From: Psammoneis japonica
Taxonomy: Eukaryota
Assembly (NCBI GenBank): GCA_008632985.1
Contig: QPGO01000086.1
Coordinates: forward strand, 186,001 to 250,000
Length of the DNA: 64,000 nucleotides
Reading direction: 5' to 3'
In this document: in pieces, positions 47,452 to 59,950 of the stretch
How the letters are laid out: each line of letters starts with the position of its first letter
Numbering within the stretch: position 1 is the stretch's first letter
Notes under the pieces: generated by a model
Told to the model about the DNA's origin: nothing
The model's input: only the letters and a program-made list of their open reading frames with translations
Database searches by the model: none
Position numbers and translations under genes: made by a program

Positions 47452-47858
47452 GGTATGTTGTTCGGTTGTTAGCTTTTCTCTTTTCTCGTCGGCGGCAAAA
47501 CCGTTGGAAAAGATGGAAAGCAGTAAGCAGTATGTGAAATTCAGCAGACTTGAGGTGTGGCATCCAATGAGAGATGACTCTCCATTGTTTTTCGAAGCCG
47601 GTGATGAGGTGGTCGGGTGTTGAAAACAGTGGGGGGGAGTGAAGGGGTGAGCGATAGTGAGATGATAGGGCTCAACAAAATTTTGAAACGCAAATATTTC
47701 GAAAATTCAATATACAAAATAAACTCTGTATATACATGATCCATATTCAACGGACATTCATACTTATCGCTTGATACACAAAATTTGATAGTACAGCCAA
47801 AATTAGCCAATTCCAACACCTCACATTTTTTCAACTGAAATTTGACGTTTCTCTGCAC

Positions 47859-49578
47859 TCATCGGCTACTCAAGGGTCCACTGTGATACTTGACATTCAA
47901 GGTCGTTCCAAAAAATGCCATTCCATCGGTTCGCCACACATCAAAACACGTTCCAGTCTCTTGAAAGCAAAAGTATATGTGTTTGCCATTGGGACTAAAG
48001 GCCAATCCGGTTGTTTCTCCACGATAGGCGGCGCTCTCCAAAATGGTAAAGAATCGTCCGTCGGGATCACGTCCGTGAATGCCAGGCACGTCACCGTGTT
48101 CTTCGGTAAAATACAAAATGTCACGCTTGTCGCCATCCGAAAGGATCCGCTGTAATTGATCCGGTTGGCCGTCAAACAATCCGTGCTCTGTCGATTCTCG
48201 TGTATACGTGAAATCATCCAGATTCAAAATGGTTAGCATCTTGATGCCTTTGCAGACAAAATAGAGAAAGCCGTCATTGACATCCATTCCTTCCGATTCG
48301 GGATAGTATTCTTTAGCATTGTCCTTTGCCGTCTCCCAATCCGAGACCCATTCAAAGGTATTGTTTTCTGGATGCAACACCAAATAGTCGAGCGTTCCAT
48401 TGGTGTGAAGTATGCTCCACGGATCATTCTTCCAATCGAGCATTCCATGTGGCGTAAAACGTCGTAGCGCTCCTCGGGTACGATCCTCTGTAGCAAAAAA
48501 TCGTGGCTGTGTCTTGTTTCTCACATCAAACGCAAAATTTTCAAAGCGTCCTTGACCAAGGGTTGTAATTTCGGATTTTCGGACACCAAACGGATCCACT
48601 TGATAAATGTGTCCCGACTTGTCGTCTTTTTCTTCACACGACAACCACGTGTTCCACGGCGATCGGCCGCCGCCTATATTCAATGGTGTGTGTTAGATGA
48701 ATAGTAATGAATGTAAAGAGAAAAGGAACGTTTCATATGAAAATGGCAAAACACAAGCGTCGAGTAATTGAAAAGTAGACCAAGCAAAGAACAAAACGTA
48801 CCGCAATTCATGGTTGTATTTGTCAAGACCATGTTGTAATGAATGACATTGCCGTCCTGATCAAATTCGAGTGCTCCGACACCACCCTCACCTTCCTCTT
48901 TAGCTTCGCAATTTATTGCATAGACCCATCCATTAGTATCGAGATTAGTATGGATAGAATCGTTTGGAACGGCAAAGGTAGCTCCAAAGTCGGGTCGTTT
49001 ATGAAATACAATGGACGAGTTTTGGCCATTCTTGTATGTCACATACTCTCCCGTCCTGGCAATCACCTTGACGTCCAAACCTTGCGACAATAGTAGACCC
49101 TCCTTTTCCGCGAGAAGAGTACCCGGACGATAAAAGATATATTGCAAGGTTGGTTCCGAGTTGGGTGCAGGAGATGCGCTCGGGCCTGTAGAATTGTCGT
49201 CGTTTGCTGTTGGTGTAGGCGAGACCGTTGCTGTGCCATTACCATTACCGGGCTGCGGGGCAAAGAACAAGAGAAGCGAGAATGTGAGATGAAGGATATG
49301 AAACACAGATAAAGATGATACGATGCTGCGTAATGTGTCTATCGTATTCAATTCGTCAATCAACAGAAAACACTTACCTGTACATTATCATCACCATGAT
49401 TGTTCGTTTGTTTGGATGATGGCTGCTGTACAAGAAGTCGAGTTGTGATGGCTGCAAGTCCACCCACAAGAACCAACACAAATAGAAACAGGTACCAGTA
49501 CCGCCTTTTTCGCTTATGGCTGGGTATGGCATATTTGTCGGGTGGCAGTTCGTCTTGAAGCGTTTGAAAAGTCGTCAT
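47859..49578 (-). CDS. phoX: Second PhoX-type alkaline phosphatase with N-terminal TM anchor; introns 49253-49377 and 48674-48801
   Basis: FHKRPDFGA, MNCG|GGRSPWNTWLSCEE, FENFAFD, PDQL, GETTGLAFSPNG. Confidence 0.88.
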
Positions 49579-49938
49579 GGTGGTGTCTGTGAAAAAGAAA
49601 AATGACATGCCGATCCTGTCAAAACCGGAGCATCATTGAATGTATATATGCCTGAATAAATTTTGAAATTGAATAAACTCGGAACATTGGTTTGTCTTTG
49701 TTTCTGTATGTTGTTCATGAAATGTCCTTCTGCCGTCCGCGTTCACGTCTTTTTTTGCGCGTGACGTCCGTCGACGACCATGAACCGCATGACGACAACA
49801 ACTTGCATGTGCGGTTCGCAGCTCGCAGCGGCTTCTCATTGAAGGTTCTCATACAAGGCGGTTCTGGATTCGGATTCTCTATCTTCATTGTAATATTACA
49901 GCAACACTATCAACGACATTCACTACACACAAACAATT

Positions 49939-50889
49939 ATGTTTTCAGCAAATGAAAACATTACTCTGCGTCAAGACAAGCGTCGCATTATCGCACTCGT
50001 GGAGGAATGCATTCCCGAAGACGCCCTCGACATGGGCACGTCCGTCATGGTGATGCAAGTATCGTGTCGTGCTCAGGGATGTGTTCCACTCGAGACACTC
50101 GTGTGTATTGTCTTTCCCAAGGTCGGTTATGAACTAATTCAGGGATTGCCGGATAGTAAAGGTGGGACGTTTAAAACGAAAATCCTCATGCCCATGGCAG
50201 AAGTGACCCATCAAGACGTGTTGGAATCGTTGCCACCCGAATTTCCTGGAGGACAACGGAGTATGTCGAAATTATGTCTCAAGGTACGCGACGTGATGCT
50301 GTCTCAAGTGGAACAAATCATGAGTGATACACAGGGGAAGAAACTCATGGCGGAGTATTTGCAAACATGCCTGACGCAATACATGGAAAACGGCTGTGTA
50401 CCACCCGAGTGGGGAGAAGAATACAAGAATGATACAAAAACTGAACAGTTGGATGAGAAGAAGCAAGAAGATGCTGTGATTGTTGCGAATGGTGCTGCCG
50501 CTGGAAAGGATGCAACAACAACAGCGTCACAAAATGCTGTAGGAGGAAACGAGAAGGAACACAATAAGACAGAGTTTCCGTCGGGAAACTTTGTCGTCAA
50601 GCGTGTCTTGGATGATGACGAAACGGCACCATCACCTTTAGTGAGTAATGATTCTCAGACAAAGATGAAAAGCAACGCTGCTGCTTCCAACAACAACAAG
50701 ACGGAAACAGCCACGGATTGGAGACGACGAACCAACATGCAACAACAAGTCTCCCTATCGATGCAACAGCAGAATATTGTAGCTCGTTTAGAAGAACGCC
50801 AGCATGAACCGGGCGTAAGGCGTCCGGGCTGTCCATGTTGTGATCCAGACAGCACGACGAACTATGTGGATAGCATGATGATGTTGTGA
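49939..50889 (+). CDS. Hypothetical protein with C-terminal CPCCDPD motif
   Basis: 316-aa intact ORF of normal composition; C..GCVPLET and RRPGCPCCDPD. Confidence 0.75.
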   Translation: MFSANENITLRQDKRRIIALVEECIPEDALDMGTSVMVMQVSCRAQGCVPLETLVCIVFPKVGYELIQGLPDSKGGTFKTKILMPMAEVTHQDVLESLPPEFPGGQRSMSKLCLKVRDVMLSQVEQIMSDTQGKKLMAEYLQTCLTQYMENGCVPPEWGEEYKNDTKTEQLDEKKQEDAVIVANGAAAGKDATTTASQNAVGGNEKEHNKTEFPSGNFVVKRVLDDDETAPSPLVSNDSQTKMKSNAAASNNNKTETATDWRRRTNMQQQVSLSMQQQNIVARLEERQHEPGVRRPGCPCCDPDSTTNYVDSMMML

Positions 50890-51069
50890 GAGAAACATTT
50901 TTATTTAGAATCGTATGATGGTGGAATTTCATAGGGTAGGTTCAGAGTTTTGGGGCTGGGAGATCAAGAAGAAAAAAAAAGAAAAATGCTACATCGATAA
51001 ACTAGTAGAACAAGATGCCTTTCAATCACTCTCACTCTACTAGAGAGCTACCGTACTGGCACCTTCTTG

Positions 51070-54000
51070 CGTTCAAGAAAAGAGCGTCGCAAGCGCCCGA
51101 CTGGGCCGTCCATGCGATGACGTGGTGACATGGTGCCCCATTTTGTTTTTTCATTCACAACACAGCCATCATTGTTCCTTGAGGTGTTCGTCTCGGCATT
51201 TCAGGTGCTGTGACCGGTGCAGCAAAGGCTGGCAAGCTGTTTGATGAAATGTTGTGCTCTCAGTCGTCGTGTTGCACAGATGAAATGGCCAGCGTGGGTC
51301 GACTTGCTGTGTTGGTGTGGGAGAGACTCTTGGCATTGGACAGAATGTTGGTCTCAGCATTTAAGATGTTGCATCTGGTGCAGGTTGAGTGGGTCAAGGC
51401 ACTGGACCCAGTGTCATCAGCTGGCCAGTCAATTTGGAGCTGCTGCAGCCAGAGAGGCCTTGGAGGTGGCGGGGCTGGCACGGGCACGCGCAAGCTGTGC
51501 TGCCAGCACAGCTCAACTCAACGAGCAAGCAGGGTTGAGGGTCACTCAAGGAGAACATGCATCATTTGATTTTTGTGCAAGCTGGAGTGACCATGGGTGT
51601 TGTGGGCACTGACATCCTTTGATGAGCAGGGGTGCCCATTGGCATTTTCATTTCGTGAGTGCTGGAGCAGCTCCCCCACTCCATTTGCAAGTGTGCACTC
51701 CTGGACAAGAGTGTCCAGAATCACCATTGGGAAGAAAGGAAAGGAGAAACAGCATTGACAAAAAGGCGCACATTGACTCTGGGAACTCAGACACAGTTGG
51801 GTCTGTGCAAACACTGGGAGAGATGCAGCCTCATTTCAAGAGTGCAAGGGAGTCAATGAGAGACGTTTCTTCCCCAGACAGCACAAGTTGCTGGATGACA
51901 AGGGGCTTGTGCCACTTGTCTCTTTTGCCATGGATGCAACCTGAACACCTTGCCCCCATGTCTTGTTGGGACAAGGAGAAATTTTCAGACAGAGGGAGAA
52001 AATGGCACCTGCCAGTCTGCAAACAGGTGATTCCCTCTTCAGCAAGTTAGGGTGAAATGGAAAGAACAAGAGAGCAAGAGTGTTGGGGCAATGTGTGATG
52101 ACTCAAAAAATTGCCCCATCAAGGGTGGAAACCCCCTTGTTTTTGCCTGTTTCAAGCTCTCTTTTTCTCATCTGTCAAATTTGTTTGCTCAAATGACCCT
52201 CTCGACAAATCACATTCAATGCCAAAAATGCCCAGAAGAGTCTTCAATGTGAGCTCACAGTGGTGGCTCACTCATCCACAAAAACAAAACAATGCCCATC
52301 ATCATCTGATGTCAGCATGCACTTTCAGATTTCCCATGCTGCTTGTTCATTTTGTTCTTGCCACCAGCACCTCATGGCTTGCTCAAGCACAAATGAATGC
52401 TTTCAGGTGTGGCAACACCTGAAAAAGCTGCTGGCAATGTCTGAATTCCCTCCTGAGTGCAAGAAGAAGTTTTGGTTGCCGCAACAACTCCAAAAGGCTC
52501 TTGTTTCATGCAGTGTCGACCCCTGACTTGCAGTTGCGGATTTCAGCATGGTCCTTGGGAGCGTGCACAGTGAAGGGTCAATTGCTTGTGAGATTCTTGG
52601 CATGGAATCAACTGCCTCTGCTTGGATTTGACTGCACATGATGTGTCAAGGAAATTTCAGAGCCGGGCATCCACACCCGAGGCCAACACAGAATTTCTGT
52701 CACTCAGTGCAGATTTGCGCGATGCTGTGAACATGACATTTGAAGAATTTGAAGTCCTCAATGGCAAGGAAAGCAACAAGGAGAACCAAGCTCCTCAAGC
52801 AAAATCTGACAAGTTGCCAATTGATTTTCACAGGCACGTGCTGGATGGTGCACGGCACGTTGAAACCCGTGCATTGGGGCTTCTGCCATTTTGGGCATTT
52901 GATCATCACAAGCATTGCAAGCGCAAAAGGCACCTCAGCGCAAATGTCAAGCTGCTTGAATTCAAGAAGGATGGGTTTGGCTCTGCAGACACTTGCTGCT
53001 GTGCTGCGTGTGGGGAGAAATGTGAGTTTCACATGGCTGAACATGTGAAGACTGCCAGTGTGTTGGAAGGAACGCGTTTCTTGTGAACACAGTTTAGGCT
53101 CAATGTGTCTGTGCCAGCAAGCATCAAGTGCGCTGGACTCAACTCACTGCAAGCCATTGAACTTCATGGTGAGGCTGGGATCATTGCCCTGACAACAAAC
53201 AATCTGGGCAAAAGGATGAAGAAAGTGCACATGGCACTGCTGCAGGAAACAGAAGATGCCTCAATGGAAAATTGCAAGTGGGAGATCAAAGCAACACAGT
53301 CAAGCCCCAACTTTGATGAGGATTGTGGCACAATCAAATGGAAGGGTCCCAAGGGTGATGAGCGGTGCGCTGCCAAGGTGTCAGCACAAATGGATGGATG
53401 CGGGACAACACGATCGCACGGGAATTGCTCGACAGGTGCAGATGCACTGTCGTGCTCACAGATGTGTTGTGGCCACTGCCATGCATGCTCAGTGTGGTTT
53501 CTGGGTTTTCTCTCACCGCGCGTGACTCCTCCTGCGCGCAGCACCCAATTCTTCAAAATCTGATTGGACGTTTTGCTGATCAGACATCGGAGCAGACATT
53601 CAAGACAAGACGGGTTCCAGCCCCAGGTGGGACTTTTTGTGACATTTGCCCTGCAGAATTCCACATGCAAGCTCTGCAGTTTGCACTCTGGTCAATGGAT
53701 GCACTTGTCTTTGACATGAAATGAACGGCCAAGTTTGCAGCAGAGGGGCGTGCGGTTGTTGCAAACTCGGCCCATTTTTCACTCCAACGGTCAAAATGCT
53801 TTCCAAAGTCACGAAAACCATCAAACAAATCACACAGATCGAAAGTTCAGAATCAGAGCTAAAAATCGATGTGGGCATGTCACATGCTGCCCAAGAGTCT
53901 TTGTGCCTGAATGAAGCTGCAAAAGCAGTGCGCACGAAACCAAAAATCGAGCGAAACGCGACAATGAGACGTCTCGTCCCGGTTTGCGTTGATTGTCATC

Positions 54001-57000
54001 ATTGCTCTAATTTGCATCTTGCTCAGATCATCCTCAGTGGACATGTGAACAACAGCAGCTTCAGCAGCATGAAAAACACCTCATCTGGGTGATTTTCATC
54101 ACCATGAAGCACTCCATTGTGGTGCTGCATGAGCTCACGTGAGTGAAAATGTGGCTCAAAGTTTGTGAGCCAATGTCTCAACAACCACACAAACAACAAT
54201 GAAGCCACTGCACAGCATCACTCTGCATCATTTGCAGAACACGTTCATTGACTTAGCCATGCAACAGAAGCTGTTTTGAAGGATGAGAAACGTTTTGCGT
54301 CAAGGCACTTGAGTCATGTCAAAAGCACAAAATCTTCTTCACAGTGCAACAGCGAACATCTGTGCGAGCACAAGAGCAACCCCCAAAAACCCCAACTTGG
54401 CATTGTTCTTCATTGTCCACACAACACATTCAGCCTCTTGCCAGTGTGATGCAACCATTGTTGAAGGACGAGATGCATTTCGCATCAAGAGGGTGCATTT
54501 GTTGTCGAAATCATGGTGTGTGTCAAAACTCGTTCAGAACTCCGCGAGGATTGCTGCCCGAGATTCGGGCCTTCACCGGTTGAGTGTTCAGACTGAACAT
54601 TTTCATTGATGGTCAGCATTGATGGTTTGCCACTGACTGCCAGTGGTCAGTTCTGTTGGCGATCCATTGCCAAAAAAGTGCGCAAAAAGCGCACTCTGGT
54701 TTGCATCAACCCCGCGCCCCTCTGCACTCAAAGTTTTGGACAACACGCCTGCCCTGCGCCATTCTTGAGACACTCGAGAATGGCGCAGAAGGAAAAAACA
54801 TTGAAAGTTGTTGAATGGATTGCCTGATGATTGTGCCACAAAATCACACAAAATTTTGCCAACATCACGTGGAAATGCATGTGCGCGACACACAGTGCGA
54901 CGTGATTCAAAAAACCATCAATGTCACAGTTCAGCAGCATGAGGTCCCACCCAGACCTGGAACACATCACAAAATGTTCAATGCCGCCGATCCACCAAGA
55001 AGGAGGGCATCCAAATGGCTGGGTTGATCAAACTCAGAGGAAGCCACAAATTTGGACATGGTCCAGTGTGATGGGGTGAGACTCTTTTGTTCAAAGAAAA
55101 AACAAGCAAAAAGATGTTGGCACAAGTCAAAATGAACATTGCAACGGACAGCGTCAGCTCCATGAACTGCTTCAAACATGCCAACCAACACGCACAAGTG
55201 GCCCAGTTTCAGAAGGATGGGTGTGAACATGGCAAGATGCAGAATGACAGCCAGCCAAACATTTTCCAAAGTCTGCACAGTTGGAACTTGTGACAGCATG
55301 TGTCCCCACATGGAAGCACCAGCAGCAGCTTTTGCACTCAAAACAGCTTTTTTTGCAGATTTCCCTGGACTCAAAGGCTGTTGTGAAAAAGCTTTGCAAC
55401 AACTTCTTCATGTCAAAGCAGGACAAAGAAGCACAGCAAGTCTTGCCAGGTGGGGTGCAGAGCTGGCTTGATGGAGATGATCACGTCATTGGCTGCAGGC
55501 AGCAGCACAACAAAACCATCATTTGAAGGAACCAGCAAAATGAGAAATGTCGCCATTCCTTGACCACAAACTGAGCCACTCTGGACATCTGCCAATGCAC
55601 CAGATGCAAGCTTGATCCAGTGCAAGAAGTCTTGGTCAATGCTGTTTGCTCATTGTTGGCAAAAAAAAAACCACAGACAACATGTTCCCAAAATGGCTGT
55701 GCACCAAGGATGTGATGTCCACACTGCGCACAGCTTGACCCATCTCCTCAGAAGCAGAGGCTCCACTCTCCAAGTGGCCCCTTTGCAATCCCCACAGATG
55801 GTGCCACAAATTCTGCAGCATTTGGCTTTTTGGCAACATTGCCAGGCAAAAAAACAATGTCTGGGGCTTTTGCACCAAGAAACAAGCCACTGGGCAGCCA
55901 CCAACTTTGAAGCCAGGAAGAAGAACTTTGTTGGCTTGTCCTGAGTGAGACCCTTGCAAGAGCCATGGCCTGACAGACTTTGGCATCTTGCAAACCACCG
56001 GGCAAAGGCAAGGTGCAGAGCCCTTGCCAGAGCTCCATTTTTGCAAAAAGAAGAGATTGAAATGGACCTGGGCTTTGAGGTGGCAAGACACATCAGGCTT
56101 GTTGACAACTGCTTGGGTGTGGTGCAGCCAACAATTTTGCACCAGGTTTGGCAAGGAGCACCTGTGGCAGCTTTGTGCACTTTTTGGTCTCCTGAAAAAT
56201 GCAAGAGCTCCACAATGCAACAGGCAACAAATTGGGCTCATCTGACAGAGAAGAGCTCCTCCTGTGCTTGTCAACAAAGATTGTGACAGGACCACACAGT
56301 GCAAAGACATGTGCAAAGGTTTCTTTGACAGCAATGCCAGGTGGTGGCAGCACTTCTGTGTCCTTGGCTCCTTTGGCATGCTGAAAATTGATTTGGGCAC
56401 CTGTGGACAGAGGCCGTTTGGGCAAATGGGTGAATGGGTGAATTGCTTTCTATGATTTGCAACTGCAGCTGAACAAAACTTTGCCACACCTTCCTGATGG
56501 ATCAACCCATGGAACAGGCTGCAGCATTTGGCACTGGGGCTGCAGCTTGCCAGTGCAGCATGACCAGAGCACACTTTGGTTTGTGGGCTGCACACCATCT
56601 TTGAGCCTGCAACGCCAACAACAGGTCCTGTGAGAGACCTCTGCAGCATCAAAAACCTTGGCATCCTCACCTTGCCTGACACAGTCTCTGTTGTGTGCAG
56701 GGCCCAGCTTTGGCTCAACAGCAAGTGTGTTGCCCACAAACATTTGCAGCGATGAGGCTCATGATCAGAGCATGCACTGCAGTGATCCAGACCACCTTTC
56801 TCACAGCAACATTTTTAAAATCCATCACAGTGCAAAATTCTGTTGTTTCAAACCTTGACAGTCATGCAGTGCATGGCGATAATTTGTCAAATGTGAAAGA
56901 CAAAAAATTGTTGCTGTGGTGCCCCACCCTGTGCTGTGAGACAAAACCTTCAACTGTGAAATTGCACCCTGTTTCCCCTTCAGAGTCCCTGCCTTTTTCA

Positions 57001-59950
57001 CCTGCAGACTTTGACATTAAAAAGCCTTTTGACAAAAACAATTTGTGCCAACAAACACGTTTGATGTTTTTTTTTTAAATGCATGACACAAGTTGTTTGT
57101 CAATCAATGGCGTGAAACATCTCTCAATGAACACAAAATTGCTGCACTCCCAGGTTGTAAATGTTTTCAATGAACACCAATGCATTGCTTTGTGGTTTTT
57201 CATTCTCACACTGACAAAAGGCTCCACTCCCTCTCTGTGCCGGAGTTTGCTCCATTTCTGCATCTTCTTCATCCTCGGCTCCTGCTTCACTTCCTTCTTC
57301 CTCTTCTTTGCCACCCTTGTTGTGCTGGTCCTTTTCCATTTTCCTCTTTCTTGTCCTCCCAGTCAGAAAACTCTGTTGTTGCCTGTTTTTCTTGCCTCCT
57401 TCTCCACTGACATTTTCTTCTTTTTTGCTCCCTTGCCCTTTTCATCGTGCTCTCCCTCTTCTTGCTGCCACCATGCCATGTGTTGCACTGCACACCTTCC
57501 TCACTTGCCCTGTCCTCCTTCACTTTGCTGCAAACAACGCACCTGACAAACATGTCTCTGTTCACACATTTTGAAATCTCAGAGCTGACAACAGAGAGTT
57601 CAAGAAGAACTTGGTGGCACTGACAACTGCCCGTTGCAACTCCAACAAGGTCAGCTTCCAAATGGGAAAGTTGGCATGGCAGCGTGCACACCCCTGACAG
57701 AGGTTTGTTCCTTGTGGCTGTGCAGTGTGCCAGGCAATCATGTCAAGCCATCCAAAAGAGGCGGCGCGCCAGCCACTCACACCAACAGCACAAATTTTGC
57801 CAAGCTGTTGGATGAAATGCACAGGAGCTGCAGCTGGATGGAATTGTGGTTTGGTGCCCAATGTGCCCAGGATGTGTCATGCCTTCAGCAGTTGGAGGCG
57901 GTGTTTTGCAAGCATCTGCGTTGCTCCAGAAGTGTTGTGGGGGATTTTGCAGCAACCATCCATGGCAGCACGCATCGCACAGATGGACAGACTGCCCCCC
58001 TGCTGCGATCTCGTGCGCGCGTGCCCAGCACTCGCCACTCGTCAGCCATCGTCAGTGCGCAGCAATGACATCATGCAGCACTGTGCCACAATGCTGCAAC
58101 CGGCAGACTCTCTGCTGCCAGTGGTTGTCGGTGCAAATGCCACAATGCCATGTGCAGCATTTCTTTCTGCGGCAAAGCTGGTGCTGATTCTGTGCAACGC
58201 CACATAAAATGCCATGTTTTGCATGTGAAAAAGCGTGCCGGCGATTGATTCGTAGCCCCCGACTGCGACAAACTCATTTCTCATGTGTGCAGAAGCCTTG
58301 GAATGCCACTTCCAATCAATTTTCCCTTGTGCATTTCATGCGCCCCTGTGCCCAGTGGTGTTTGACGCTTTGCTGTCAATGGAAAAACAGCTGGGGAGCA
58401 TTGGAAAAACAGTGGTGGCATCTGGGATCAAAATGCCATGTTCATGCCATGTTCAGGGCAAATGTGGCATTTGCGTGGATGACCAGGGGATCCCGCATTC
58501 CCGCATCTCAGATCAGCTCCAGGGGACCCCAGTGGGAAGATGGCGCAGGTCTGTCCCTCTGCAAACACTGAATGACCCGGGTGCAATCGACCACCACCTG
58601 CCCAGACCGCACACCAAACGACAGTCTACAGAGCACACTGACACCACGCCTGGAAGACAACAAAACCCACCATCACAAAGGAACACGGTGCCAGAATCAG
58701 CTCAAAATTCTCGCGCACCGCCTGCGAAAATGCGCGCGTCAACTGCCCCTTGCTCGCGCAACTGCACCAACTGTGCAGTGTCCATTTTCCTTGAAAAAAA
58801 AAAAAGCAGTGGAGAGCAAGGCACATTCCCACCCTGACAATTTTGGCTGCAAAACAAATGTAATTTCGTTCTACACAAAATTCCTGTGGAAACCCTCGCA
58901 CAAGAAAAGTCGCGCATCTGTTTTCCATCCTTCAATTTGCAGCCGCAATTGTCAGCAAATTGCGATGACAGGTGTCGGTCGTCGTAAATTCTCTCCCACA
59001 AACATGATTTTCATGGCAAATTTGGCGTTTTGGGAGCTCGAACATGCCACGTCACAAGCTCTCCCATTTTGTTTGTTTCTTTCTCCGCTCCCATCCGCAC
59101 AACAACCATGATGGCTGCTGCCATGAACGGACCCATTCACACACGAACGACCGTCCTGTCTACGAAGGTGAGAATGTAGAGACAGGTCAACAAGACTGCA
59201 CTTGATGCAATCAATTGGTCAGAATCTTGAGTTTTTGTTGTTGTTGTGGCTTGTGACGACCGTGTGGACCAAAGGCATTTTTGATGTCTTCGTGTTTCTC
59301 TTGCTCAGATTTTGCGTTGGGATTCTTCACAACTCACACGTCTGCAGACTTGAGGCCAAATCTTCGTGGCAATGTGTGATCTGACATTGCATTGAGGTGG
59401 TTCTTTGGTGTGTGCTCAAGGTTGTCACTTGGTTGACGGCCAAGAGTCAAGAACACAAGAACTTTGGTCGCGTCAACAACAGCAGCACTTGTGCTCCGTT
59501 GTGATGGAACATGACTGTGAAGAAGGCTGTGTGCACTTGTTTCGTTAACCTTGTCGCAATCTGGGACAATGATGCTGGTGGGGGTCAATGTTTTGCACAA
59601 CAGCGCCCCACAGTGCCTTGCTCCATTTCCTGCAGCCCTTCTCTGCAGCTTGCTGTGTGCATTTTTGCTCTTTGAAAATGGGCCCAGGCCATTGGTCAAC
59701 TGCTGGAGTTAAGAACAGTGCCTTTTAGCACCTTGTGTGCTGTGGAAATTTCATTTAGCAGTTTTACATGCTGCAGTCTTGCTGCGTGCCATCGTTCGGT
59801 GCGTCTTTCTGCTCTCTCTGCAACTCCTGCCAGTGGATTGGATGTTGGGTGCTTTTCTTCTAGCCTTCACTGGTGTTATCATGAGTCTTTGGTTGCCGCA
59901 GAGCAATCGCAAAATGGACAACGATGGTCACTGACAATGTTGTGATGTCT
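51070..59950. other. Large TpA- and CpG-depleted block of nested decayed transposons
   Basis: Abrupt loss of TA after about 51060 and return at about 59950. Confidence 0.8.
52622..53563 (+). mobile_element. Mutator-like transposase relic
   Basis: E..DGFGS...C..C, LN.......G, EDASMEN..EI, and VSAQMDGCGTTRSHGNCSTG resembling V..DG.W..RSYG..Y.S.G. Confidence 0.5.

Noticed and set aside
20110..59950. Dense overlapping 60-370 aa ORFs in the TA-free blocks (e.g. 29839-30582, 55636-56739) as novel Cys/His-rich genes
   Set aside because: Loss of TA removes TAA/TAG stops and creates TG/CA-rich codons, inflating spurious ORFs; they lack Tyr and show no coherent domain
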